Positions 18,870-27,688 of a stretch of 35,924 nt of DNA are shown piece by piece (within the stretch, counting starts at the first letter, position 1; each line of letters opens with the position of its first letter). The stretch comes from Candidatus Hadarchaeales archaeon. GTDB lineage: Archaea > Hadarchaeota > Hadarchaeia > Hadarchaeales > Hadarchaeaceae. The stretch is from assembly GCA_038872135.1 (NCBI GenBank), contig JAVZGN010000010.1:1-35924 (forward strand). The letters are read 5' to 3'. Both the position numbers and the translations under genes were made by a program. The notes beneath the pieces are model-generated. The model searched no databases. It was not told where the DNA came from and saw nothing but the letters and a program-made list of their open reading frames with translations.

Positions 18870-21146
18870 ATGAAAATCCACATCTCAAGACAGGTGGCCG
18901 CGCTCATCGTTTTAACCGTGATATTAACAACTGGCTTCATGGCCTACGGCCTTACGAGGCTTGAAAGCACAACAAGGTTCCGCGAGTTCCTGCCCAAAGA
19001 CTCTCCAGCGATAAAAACCACCGAGGAGTTCGAAAACACTTTCGATGGGGGTGGCGGTGGCGCTGAGATCATCCTGGTGAAGGCCGCAGACGTCACTCAA
19101 GCAGAAATCTTCCTGGCCATCCTCCGCCTCGAGAATGAAATCAGAACCGACGCCGAACTTCTGGAATACATTGGAGAAGTGAACTCCTATGCAGACTATA
19201 TCCTTCCACATCTCCCTGCTCCACCATTCTCCATTCCCGAACCCCAGCTCGAAAACTACATCCAGCTTATCCTGAGCAACCCTTCCGTGGGTAGCACTAT
19301 AACCAGAATTCTGAGCGAGAATCGAACGACTGCACTGATAATCATTCAAACTACGCCGGGCTTCTCCGGTGAAGAAAGGAGTAGGAAGCTCCAGCGGCTT
19401 TCTGAAATCGTGGAGACCTTCCAGGAGAATTACAAAAACATCGTCTTTGAGCTGACCGGAGACCAGAGGCTACACGCGGAGATAATGGAGATAATGAACG
19501 GGGACAACAGGATTCTCATACCCTCCGCAGCCGCCTTTGTTGTTGTCATCCTCTTCTTCACTTTCAGGAAACTCTCAGACATCGGTCTCTCAATGCTCGT
19601 TGTGGGGCTAGGGGCCGTTTGGGCTGTTGGAGCGATGGGCTGGCTTGGAATGAAGTTCACAATGCTCCACGTTGCCCTAGTGCCCCTTCTTTTCGGTCTT
19701 GGGATCGACTACTCCATCCACATGCTCAACAGGTATTCTGAAGAGCGGAGAGATAGAGTTCCGCCCAAAGAAGCCGTGAAAAAATCCATCCAAACCACAG
19801 GGATTGCTGTAATCCTGGCCGCAGTGACAACCATGATCGGCTTCGGCTCCTTTCTGGTTTCTGATCTCTCGGCCATGTCGAGCATGGGAGTTTTCACCGC
19901 CCTCGGAATAGGGTTCATCTTCCTCCTCTCTGTGGTCTTCCTGCCCTCAGCGTTGCTTCTCCGCGACAGGGGTGAGGGGAAGATCAGAAGGGTGACGGCT
20001 AGACGAGGAAAGCATGCCGCCCTTGTGCTTTCAGCAGTGGCGGGCTTTGCCGAGCGTCACAAGAAGCCGATAATCCTCCTAGCAACGGCCCTAGCAGCCC
20101 TCTCCCTCCTCTCGGCCTCCAGCATCCAGACAGCTATGTCCTTCGAAACATTTCTTCCGGAAGATGTTCCCGCGATGAGGACAATGCGTGAGATAAGCGA
20201 GCAGTTCGGTGGGCAATGGACCATCGTCGTTCTCGCCCGCGGGGAAATCAGGTCCCCGGGAGGGCTGCAGGAGATGGTTGAGCTGGAGAACTCTGTTTTG
20301 AGAGAAAAGGAAAATCTGATCACCGGGTCTAGGAGCCTCGGGAGCACTGTTTCGCTGATTGCCGGGGCCCAGCCATCAGAACTCTCGCAGGCCCAGATCG
20401 ACGCCATCATTAACAATGAAAAAATTCTCGAACCATCCCAACGAAAGAGGCTACTGAGTGATAATCTGGCCGTGATCTACTTCTACATGAACCCAAGGAA
20501 CGACAAGGAGATGGCAGAAGCCATTCAAGCCGTGAAGTCATGTATCCAAGAAAGGTCATGGAACTTCATCGATATGCGTATAGATGGTGAACCGGCAGTC
20601 GGCGGGGAAGCCGTCATCATTACCGAGGTAATAGGAAGGATCCTCTCAAGCACCATACAAACAACTTTCTTTGCAATCATCCTCTGTCTCGCCGTGGTCG
20701 CTTCAGCTTTTCGCTCCCTCACCCTTGGTCTCGCTGCGCTCACCCCCCTCCTCCTCACCGTGAGCTGGGAATTCGGGATGCTCAAGATCCTCGGGTGGCC
20801 GCTGGATGTCCTCACCATGGGAATTTCGGCCCTCACAATCGGAGTTGGCATAGACTACGGTATCCACATCATCCACAGGTTCTTGGAAGAAAACAAGCGA
20901 AAGGATGTTGAATTCAGTCTAGCCCTCGAAACCACTGTGACCCATGTGGGGATGTCGCTGCTCGCTGCGTGGGCGACGACCATCGGGGTCTTCGGAATAC
21001 TGGCTCTCTCAAGGATGCCGGCGATGGCGAGGTTCGGAGGGCTGACCGCTCTTGTGATAACTCTTTCTTTTGTCTCCGCCCTCGTTGTCCTGCCATCGGT
21101 GCTCGCTCTCACAATGAGGAAAAGCTTCACGAAAAGAGGCTTTTAA
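18870..21146 (+). CDS. RND-superfamily / MMPL (HAE3-like) transporter
   Basis: Internally duplicated TM-loop-5TM architecture; GLGIDYSIH and GVGIDYGIH motifs. Confidence 0.92.
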   Translation: MKIHISRQVAALIVLTVILTTGFMAYGLTRLESTTRFREFLPKDSPAIKTTEEFENTFDGGGGGAEIILVKAADVTQAEIFLAILRLENEIRTDAELLEYIGEVNSYADYILPHLPAPPFSIPEPQLENYIQLILSNPSVGSTITRILSENRTTALIIIQTTPGFSGEERSRKLQRLSEIVETFQENYKNIVFELTGDQRLHAEIMEIMNGDNRILIPSAAAFVVVILFFTFRKLSDIGLSMLVVGLGAVWAVGAMGWLGMKFTMLHVALVPLLFGLGIDYSIHMLNRYSEERRDRVPPKEAVKKSIQTTGIAVILAAVTTMIGFGSFLVSDLSAMSSMGVFTALGIGFIFLLSVVFLPSALLLRDRGEGKIRRVTARRGKHAALVLSAVAGFAERHKKPIILLATALAALSLLSASSIQTAMSFETFLPEDVPAMRTMREISEQFGGQWTIVVLARGEIRSPGGLQEMVELENSVLREKENLITGSRSLGSTVSLIAGAQPSELSQAQIDAIINNEKILEPSQRKRLLSDNLAVIYFYMNPRNDKEMAEAIQAVKSCIQERSWNFIDMRIDGEPAVGGEAVIITEVIGRILSSTIQTTFFAIILCLAVVASAFRSLTLGLAALTPLLLTVSWEFGMLKILGWPLDVLTMGISALTIGVGIDYGIHIIHRFLEENKRKDVEFSLALETTVTHVGMSLLAAWATTIGVFGILALSRMPAMARFGGLTALVITLSFVSALVVLPSVLALTMRKSFTKRGF

Positions 21147-21159
21147 GGGGGACGAATAT

Positions 21160-21201
21160 TGGGCGCTGCGCCCACACTAGGCACAGGGTAAGGTTTTGTG
21201 C
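21160..21201. terminator. Two small hairpins between the convergent RND gene and tRNA-Trp
   Basis: TGGGCG-ctg-CGCCCA (21160-74) and GCACA-N11-TGTGC (21181-201). Confidence 0.25.
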
Positions 21202-21209
21202 AGCCGGAA

Positions 21210-21344
21210 TGGTGGGGTCGCCAGGATTTGAACCCGGGTTTGCAGGTCTCTTCGCACCGCTCCAGTTGGGTCATCATCCTTTCGTCAGCAGACCCGCAAG
21301 CGGCCACTGGAGCCTGCCGTGCTACCAAGCTACACTACGACCCC
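21210..21344 (-). tRNA. tRNA-Trp(CCA) with 59-nt intron at 37/38 and encoded CCA end
   Basis: Acceptor GGGGTCG/CGACCCC+ACCA, D arm, anticodon stem GCAGG/CCTGC with loop CT-CCA-GA after removing 21248-21306, T loop GGTTCAAATCC. Mature length is 76 nt. Confidence 0.96.
21248..21306 (-). ncRNA. Intron-encoded box C/D-like guide RNA of pre-tRNA-Trp
   Basis: The intron contains CTGA and ATGATGA boxes, guide GCGGGTCT antisense to AGACCTGC (3' splice junction and exon, one G-U pair), and guide ACTGGAGC antisense to GCTCCAGT (anticodon loop). Confidence 0.8.
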
Positions 21345-21379
21345 ACCATCCAAAAAATCGCCACAAAAAGATAAAAGCT

Positions 21380-22561
21380 TCACCAGGACGGCCCATAAAT
21401 GAACAAAACAACGAAAATCGCCACCAGCGCAGCAACTCCTAGTATTCTGATCAAAATGTGCGGCTTTGGCCTCTCCTCTATCTCATAGTAATGCTCTTCC
21501 TCTGGACCTGCTAGGCCCTCAGTGGCAGCTACTGCTGCCGCCCCAGCTGGCTTTGCAAAAACTTCTATCGGCTTCTCTTCTCTAGTTTTCTTCCTGTACC
21601 AGTAATAGATGAGGCCTAGAACAGCCCACGGAACCGCAATAACATAGAAGAGATACGGCACGAGGCCGAGAGCAGTTATCTGGGGAATTGTGTAGGAGGG
21701 GCTAACGCTAGCATTGTAAAGGTTCATGTTCCAGAGGATTATCGCTATGCAGGAATAAACGGTGAAGGCATTCCAGTAGGGGTTGGCAGCGCTCACCAGA
21801 TAGAGCCCGCTCGTCCTCTGCTTTGTGAGGGGCCAGAAGAGATTGTTTCCCATGTGTCCAAAAGTGTCCAAGACTATATGCATGAACCATCCAGCAAAAA
21901 TTATTCCTCCAACCTGCGGCATCCCAGTGAGAAGCCACCCAAGGATAGCGAAAATGACTCCAAGGGTGAGACTGTGACCTGCCCTGCGGTGGAAGGGGAT
22001 GAATACCACCTCCACAGCACCATCCTTCCGCTTGAGGTAGCCGAAAGATGGCCCGCTGAAGCCTTTTATTTCAGTTGGTCTCCCATAGGTCTCTATAAGC
22101 TTCACGTTGAACTTGGCCGCTCCAAAAGCCTTCTCGGGCGGTGGTTCTGTTCCCGGCGCTGGGACCCCGGACATCGTCACGTGCGGCCCCACCCTCACCT
22201 CCACCTGGCTCTCCTTTTTGTTGTAGTAAATGCTGTATGACTGCCAGAGATCTGGGCCTATTCTCAAAGTGTGCAGCTGAACCTTCCTCATCTCTCCTGG
22301 CTTAAGCGTTCCCGCCTTGTTTATCTCCCCCGCAATTTTCTCTGCAATCTCTTTTGGATTGATGTTATATGGATCTGGGTCAATCACCGCATCATATTTT
22401 TCCATGTAAACCAGAAACTTGAAGTCCAGGGTGTCTGGCAAAAGCCCAAAAATTCCACCCAAAATTATCAGCACCGAGTCCTCCAGAACTGCCCCGAGCA
22501 TCAGGCTCTTGAAAAATGTTGCAACAGTTATCCCCATGATGAAGTGTGTCAGACCTCTCAT
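21380..22561 (-). CDS. YdjM-like membrane metal-dependent hydrolase with large soluble insertion
   Basis: LTH at the N-terminus, LPDTLD, HRRAGHSL and HIVLD.....G..LFWP motifs; several TM segments. Confidence 0.8.
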   Translation of the reverse strand: MRGLTHFIMGITVATFFKSLMLGAVLEDSVLIILGGIFGLLPDTLDFKFLVYMEKYDAVIDPDPYNINPKEIAEKIAGEINKAGTLKPGEMRKVQLHTLRIGPDLWQSYSIYYNKKESQVEVRVGPHVTMSGVPAPGTEPPPEKAFGAAKFNVKLIETYGRPTEIKGFSGPSFGYLKRKDGAVEVVFIPFHRRAGHSLTLGVIFAILGWLLTGMPQVGGIIFAGWFMHIVLDTFGHMGNNLFWPLTKQRTSGLYLVSAANPYWNAFTVYSCIAIILWNMNLYNASVSPSYTIPQITALGLVPYLFYVIAVPWAVLGLIYYWYRKKTREEKPIEVFAKPAGAAAVAATEGLAGPEEEHYYEIEERPKPHILIRILGVAALVAIFVVLFIYGPSW

Positions 22562-23878
22562 CTAGTACACCCCCAGCAACTGCAGGATATCTCCTCTCAT
22601 TCCCGCCATGTTCAGAAAGATTGGGAAGAAGAATCCGATGATCAGGTTCAAGCGCCTCGTTCTAAACATCGGTGGAATTAACCCCAACCCCGTGGCGATG
22701 ACCATCACCAGCAGCCCCTTCAATCCCGTGAACCCATAGACCATGAGGAGGAGCACGATCAAGACAGCAAGAGATATTTTCCGATAGCTAATTCTTGAAA
22801 CCACCTTTGCCAGCACCCTTGAGAAGATGATGAGAAGAATGAAAGCTAGAACAGCGGTAAAGGCGAGGATGGAAGCAAGAAGCCAGAATTCCGACTCCGT
22901 CCTGGGTTGATAAATCATGCTAGTCATCCAGGCCATTCCCCCGCGGGTGAGATGGAGAAGTGGTACCCAGAAAAGGAAGAAAGCCCCCACATAATATGCA
23001 AACCTTCCTGCCGCTCCGGAAACCATGAACTGGACATCTCCCTGGGTAGAAGTAGAGTGCCCCGCCAACACCCCTCCAACCCCTGCAGTTACTACTGGCT
23101 CAAAAGCGGCGAAAGCCCCCCCAAGAAAGCCGGCGGATGCCCCTCTTGCGACATCCTTTTTCGTAACATACATCTCTCTAGTTATCACCTGAGGTGGAAT
23201 CTCTGCTTTTGAAACAAGATTTGTGAGAACCCATGGAACCGCAAAAAATCCCACAAAAACCGGCATTATATTCTGAAATGATATGTGGGCGGGAACCACC
23301 GGTATGTTCAAGACTATGAAACCAAGGGCCATCGAAAGGAAGAAGGTTAGCCACCCTGCACTCAAGCTCGCCCATCCGTCCTTTAGCCTCCCCAGCCTTG
23401 TCTTGGCCCTGCTCCCCCAGTCCTTCGGCCACTCCGATTGGAGAAGATAGGCGGCTATCCCTATCAGCACCCACGCAAAGTGAGGAGTGGTGATCTTTCT
23501 GAAAATCGGGAAGAGAATTCCTGACACCGGGGCAACTGCAAGAAGAAGAAGTGCTGAGATTAGGGTGCCCAATCCCGATATCACCGACGCCTCATAGCCC
23601 CGTCCATAAATGAGATACTTTTGATTTGGAAATGCCATGTACATCGTGCTGTCGTCTGGGGAGCCGAGGAAGGTCGTTGTCACCGTTCCAACAAAGGAAT
23701 ATGCAACAAGCATTCCAGCAAAAAGCATGGCCATCCCCAGGGGATCCATCGGGAAGGCAAGATAGATGAAAATTCCTATCCCCGCAAAATTCAGGGGGTG
23801 GAGCCCGGGAAGAATGGAAAGCCCCGAGCCGATCAGAACTCCAACAACACCGTAAAGCAGATATCCCAGCGACTCCAT
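22562..23878 (-). CDS. TctA-family (DUF112) tripartite tricarboxylate transporter-like permease
   Basis: ILPGLHPLN, FLGSPDD, P....I.GRG.EA and P..TAG motifs; about 12 TM segments. Confidence 0.85.
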   Translation of the reverse strand: MESLGYLLYGVVGVLIGSGLSILPGLHPLNFAGIGIFIYLAFPMDPLGMAMLFAGMLVAYSFVGTVTTTFLGSPDDSTMYMAFPNQKYLIYGRGYEASVISGLGTLISALLLLAVAPVSGILFPIFRKITTPHFAWVLIGIAAYLLQSEWPKDWGSRAKTRLGRLKDGWASLSAGWLTFFLSMALGFIVLNIPVVPAHISFQNIMPVFVGFFAVPWVLTNLVSKAEIPPQVITREMYVTKKDVARGASAGFLGGAFAAFEPVVTAGVGGVLAGHSTSTQGDVQFMVSGAAGRFAYYVGAFFLFWVPLLHLTRGGMAWMTSMIYQPRTESEFWLLASILAFTAVLAFILLIIFSRVLAKVVSRISYRKISLAVLIVLLLMVYGFTGLKGLLVMVIATGLGLIPPMFRTRRLNLIIGFFFPIFLNMAGMRGDILQLLGVY

Positions 23879-25327
23879 CTACTCCACCTCCTGAATGTCC
23901 TCCGGCATCCCTGGCTCAACCGCAACCTTCCCCAAAGCACTTCCAATCTTTCCAATGATTTTTACTCTCTCACCCTTCGCCGGCTGCTCAAGAAGTCTCT
24001 CCCAGAGATGGTTGGGAACATAAATGGTGAGCCTCCCCCCATGGTTATCCTCAATTTCCAGCAGACGATCGCTCGGCAGCTCCCCCTTCTTAATCTCTGA
24101 AGTCTCTTTGATGACGCCCTCAACTGTTACAAGATTGCCGCGTGGAATGGTGCCAATAGTTAAAAAGTTTTCTACCCTTGGCGGCTCAAAGGTTCCAGGC
24201 GTTAGCTCTGGCTGCTGCGGCCCCGTGAACTGTATCCTCACGCCTGCTGGATCGGCTGAATATTTCTCGACCCTCCCAATGAAATCGATCTCCGTCCCCC
24301 GCCTAATGAACGCCCTATTGTCCAGAAGTTTATAAACATCCTCATCCAGTTCAACCCTCGGACTGCTTTCGTTCTCCAGCCACAGGATCCTCTTGGTAAA
24401 CTTCAGGCTGTTGGCCTCCGGCACTGCTTCAACAAAAATTATCCGTCCCCCGACCCTCACCGGTCTTTTGACCATGTTCTCGTTCAGCTGCCAAAGCTGG
24501 AAACTCTCCACACTATCTCTTCCCACCACCTCGATCTCATCATAACTCGCCACTGCCAGCTGTGGAGTTCCATAGTACTGGGAAACTCCAGCCGTTATTC
24601 TGACCCTATCCATGACAGAAAATGGCGGCGGACTTTTCTCCACATAAGCTTCAAGCCCATTGTGAATGTAAACCTGAATTTCCGCCCCATTGTCGAGCAA
24701 TGTATAAATTTTTGCCGAGCTTTTTGGATCTACGCCCACCACAGTTCCCTCCACCGTCACCTTCTTGTAGACAGAGCTCTCGGGAGTTCCCCAGCCGCTG
24801 AGAATTCTTCTGATGGTTGTGTTTTCCGGCTCCATCCTTGTTATCTTTATGTCATCAGAACTTGTGACCCTTATCTCGCGGGTAACTGTAACAGCCGACC
24901 TCACCTGCCCGAAAACCCTCACGCGGTCACCGACCTTGGGAATGTTTTTCCCCGCGAGCATCTCCGTGAATGCTGGATCGTAAATCTCAACGTTTATCTT
25001 TGAGAGAGTGAAATCTGAAGAACTGTTATCCCAAATCTCAAACTCCATCGATGTCGACTGATACTCTGGACCTGAGACAACCACCCCCTCCAAGAGGACA
25101 TAGGAATAATCAAGCCAGGGATCTATCGTGGAAATGGGAACTGGTATCGGCTGAGAAGTCGCTAGGTGAAGTGAGAAGAAGACCCCACCGATCGCCAGCA
25201 CAACTAGGCAGAGCGCAAACGCCCATTTAACAGATATTTTGTACCTTGTATCTACGCCACAGTGGGGGCAGACGGGATAGCCGGGATTTGGTTTCCCACA
25301 GGCCGGGCACAATTTCTCATCACTCAT
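23879..25327 (-). CDS. Membrane-anchored protein: N-terminal Zn ribbon, single TM, three or more OB-fold-like repeats
   Basis: CPACG..CPHCG, TM at about aa 35-55, repeats of V.VEG.V...GD.VRV.G.V, and YYGTPQL. Confidence 0.8.
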   Translation of the reverse strand: MSDEKLCPACGKPNPGYPVCPHCGVDTRYKISVKWAFALCLVVLAIGGVFFSLHLATSQPIPVPISTIDPWLDYSYVLLEGVVVSGPEYQSTSMEFEIWDNSSSDFTLSKINVEIYDPAFTEMLAGKNIPKVGDRVRVFGQVRSAVTVTREIRVTSSDDIKITRMEPENTTIRRILSGWGTPESSVYKKVTVEGTVVGVDPKSSAKIYTLLDNGAEIQVYIHNGLEAYVEKSPPPFSVMDRVRITAGVSQYYGTPQLAVASYDEIEVVGRDSVESFQLWQLNENMVKRPVRVGGRIIFVEAVPEANSLKFTKRILWLENESSPRVELDEDVYKLLDNRAFIRRGTEIDFIGRVEKYSADPAGVRIQFTGPQQPELTPGTFEPPRVENFLTIGTIPRGNLVTVEGVIKETSEIKKGELPSDRLLEIEDNHGGRLTIYVPNHLWERLLEQPAKGERVKIIGKIGSALGKVAVEPGMPEDIQEVE

Positions 25328-26211
25328 TTGATCACCCTGAGATCATCCCAAGAAGCCACCCAGAGCTGGGGAGTTGTGTAGTAAAGCTGAATTGCCCCCT
25401 TCACTGTAATCACATCCCCAATCCTGGCCTGAAGCTCCCCAAACTGCCAGAGGACTTTCGGGAGCATCACATTCAGCTCTGCACCGGTTTCCGGCTCGAG
25501 AAGGGTAAGCACCAATGCCCACCCAAGATCACTTTTTCCGATGATCTTCCCGGTGACCATCAACCGGGAATACTGTGGGAAGTTCTCGGGGTGGAGGGCT
25601 ATCTGCTCTATCTTCACTGGGATTGCCTCCGGCCGGTTGATTTCAAGGAATCCCTCCGGGTACTGCACTATCAGCATCCTGAACTCTCCGGCCTTCTCCC
25701 TGGAGGCCCTCACCCGCAGGTTGCCTCTCAAGGTCACTATATCTCCAAGAGCCGGAAACTTTGGAGTGTTATCGCCCGCCCTGAGCCGCTCATTCTCAAG
25801 TTTAAGGAGGAACTTGGTTGTAGCATCATAGGCGCGAACAAAAACATCTGCATTTTCATTTTCAGGATCGGCAATATACATCCCGAGAAACTTCGTGTCC
25901 TCATAATACTTCACAAATGTCGCTTTTCCCGTCATCACGGCCTGAGCAAAGTTCAAGGTGGAGGCATTGTCTAGGTAGAGATCCGCCACCCTTATCCCAT
26001 GAGGGCCCTCCACGATGAGATGGGTTGTCCTGACATCCACGTAGAGGAACAGAATTCCTAAAACTGCTAATGCCAAACCGCCCCACTTGAGAAGCCTGAA
26101 GGAAAGGCGCTTTGGAACCTTCGCCCCACAGTATGGACACTTCTCTAGGGTTCCCACATATCTCTTGCACTTCGGGCAGTAGACTTCCTCAACTCTCCCA
26201 ACCGGTCTCAT
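25324..26211 (-). CDS. Membrane-anchored protein: N-terminal Zn ribbon, single TM, two OB-fold-like repeats
   Basis: CPKC..CPYCG, TM (WGGLALAVLGILFLYV), LGDIVTLRGNL and IGDVITVKGAIQLYYTTPQL. Start moved to ATG 26211 to remove overlap with the DUF429 gene. Confidence 0.8.
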   Translation of the reverse strand: MRPVGRVEEVYCPKCKRYVGTLEKCPYCGAKVPKRLSFRLLKWGGLALAVLGILFLYVDVRTTHLIVEGPHGIRVADLYLDNASTLNFAQAVMTGKATFVKYYEDTKFLGMYIADPENENADVFVRAYDATTKFLLKLENERLRAGDNTPKFPALGDIVTLRGNLRVRASREKAGEFRMLIVQYPEGFLEINRPEAIPVKIEQIALHPENFPQYSRLMVTGKIIGKSDLGWALVLTLLEPETGAELNVMLPKVLWQFGELQARIGDVITVKGAIQLYYTTPQLWVASWDDLRVIK

Positions 26212-26267
26212 GGGGTCACGAGTCCTTTTCGATAGCGATTTCAACCAAGGTATTAAATCACTTTTGT

Positions 26268-26816
26268 ATGGGGAGGAAAATTGTTGGCATAGATTTGGCA
26301 GGAAAAGAGGAAAATCCCACGGGAGTGGCATTTTTCGACGGAAGAGAAATAATCACCGCCACCTTGCACTCTGACGATGAAATAACAGTGGCCTGCGCTG
26401 GCGCCTCGCTTGCAGCCATTGACGCCCCTCTCTCACTTCCTAGGAAGGGAGCCCTGAGAAAATGCGACCTCCTCCTGATCGGGCGCGGCTTCAGGGTCTT
26501 CCCCCCATGCTTTGGTGGGATGTCAACCCTCACCAAGCGAGGGGCAGCTCTGGCCAAAAAGCTCCGCCAAAGGGGGCTGAACGTCATTGAAATCCATCCG
26601 AGAACATCTGCAGTGATCCTCTTCGGGACTGATGAAAGGAAGGAATGGGTGAAAATAATGAAGAAGAGAGGCATCAGGTTTTGCAGAGCAGCCAGCAATC
26701 ATGAGATCGATGCTGCAATTGCCGCCCTCACCGGATGGCTTCACCTTCAGAAAAAAACAGAAGAGGTTGGTGGCAGGGATGGGAAAATAATCATTCCCCT
26801 TCACAGAGCCTTTTGA
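26268..26816 (+). CDS. DUF429-like predicted nuclease (RNase H fold)
   Basis: VGIDLAG, AIDAPLS, R.CD, IEIHP and HEIDA motifs. Start at ATG 26268. Confidence 0.85.
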   Translation: MGRKIVGIDLAGKEENPTGVAFFDGREIITATLHSDDEITVACAGASLAAIDAPLSLPRKGALRKCDLLLIGRGFRVFPPCFGGMSTLTKRGAALAKKLRQRGLNVIEIHPRTSAVILFGTDERKEWVKIMKKRGIRFCRAASNHEIDAAIAALTGWLHLQKKTEEVGGRDGKIIIPLHRAF

Positions 26817-27681
26817 ATCTCGCCACAACTGTTGAGAGCCTGCTCAAACTCGCCCCGGTGGCCCTCGCTATCTCCCTCAAGACTTTTTTCTCGCCCACCC
26901 TCCGCAGGCCTAGATAGATCAGCGCAGCAGAGACGACAACCGGGGACTTTCCCTGCAGCTCATTTTTTGGTATCTCCCCATAAATTGAAGTTACGGCTTC
27001 CAGAGCTTTTGGCGAAAGCCCGAGCTCTGAAGAAAACTTGGCGATATAGTCCTGCACGGAAATTCTTTTAGTCCCGATCTTCAATGCGTCTGAAATTATC
27101 TTTGTGACATTTCTGAAATTCTTCCTGATCTTCCCCACATCTCCCCCATATCTTCCAACTATGGTCTCAACCATCTCCCGCTCAGTTCTGGCTATTCCTC
27201 TTCCCCTCAGCGCAAGATAAATGGCGGCAGCCCCTATCATCCAACACTGCCTCCCGGTCAGAAGATTCTTGGCCTTCGCCCTCCTGTAGATGTAGCATGC
27301 CTCGGCCTTCACCCCCTTCGAGACCCCGAGATCCTCACAAAGCCTGTCTATCTCCATGAACCCATCCCTCAGGCTCCTCTCCGTCCAGCCCGACACCCTG
27401 CTTCTCTCATGAACTACCTTGAGCCTCCTTAGTCTCGCCCTCAGAGCGGGAGAGGCTTCAAAGGATAGCCCAAAAGTCGTCCCAAGCCCAAAATCGTGAA
27501 AGGTAAAATCCTCCCCGCTACTTGAATCTATGTGTGAGGTTCCCTCTATCTGCCTCGTGAAGTACTGGGGGCCGGCCTCCAGAACTCTGTCATAGATCAC
27601 CAGCCCGCATCTTGTACACACGAACTCTCCCCTGATATCGTCGTAGAAGACGCTCGCACTCAGGCAGGAGGGACAGCGCAT
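26791..27681 (-). CDS. tfb: Transcription initiation factor IIB (TFB) paralogue, divergent
   Basis: Zn ribbon CPSC...GEFVCTRCGLV, HDFGLGT, ER.L..G..EI.R, and two cyclin repeats (GR...AAAIYLA, GKSP..V.AALIY). Confidence 0.88.
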   Translation of the reverse strand: MRCPSCLSASVFYDDIRGEFVCTRCGLVIYDRVLEAGPQYFTRQIEGTSHIDSSSGEDFTFHDFGLGTTFGLSFEASPALRARLRRLKVVHERSRVSGWTERSLRDGFMEIDRLCEDLGVSKGVKAEACYIYRRAKAKNLLTGRQCWMIGAAAIYLALRGRGIARTEREMVETIVGRYGGDVGKIRKNFRNVTKIISDALKIGTKRISVQDYIAKFSSELGLSPKALEAVTSIYGEIPKNELQGKSPVVVSAALIYLGLRRVGEKKVLREIARATGASLSRLSTVVARFKRLCEGE

Positions 27682-27688
27682 CCACAGA

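Noticed and set aside
21147-21209. H/ACA guide RNA (hairpin followed by ACA)
   Set aside because: The hairpin is too small, with no K-turn boxes or pseudouridylation pocket.
21143-21328. 61-aa ORF and overlapping 157-aa plus-strand ORF (20969-21442)
   Set aside because: They overlap tRNA-Trp and real genes; shadow ORFs.
21210-26816. Integrated element or genomic island at tRNA-Trp
   Set aside because: No integrase, no duplicated tRNA 3' end (att site) was noticed, and there is no obvious compositional shift.
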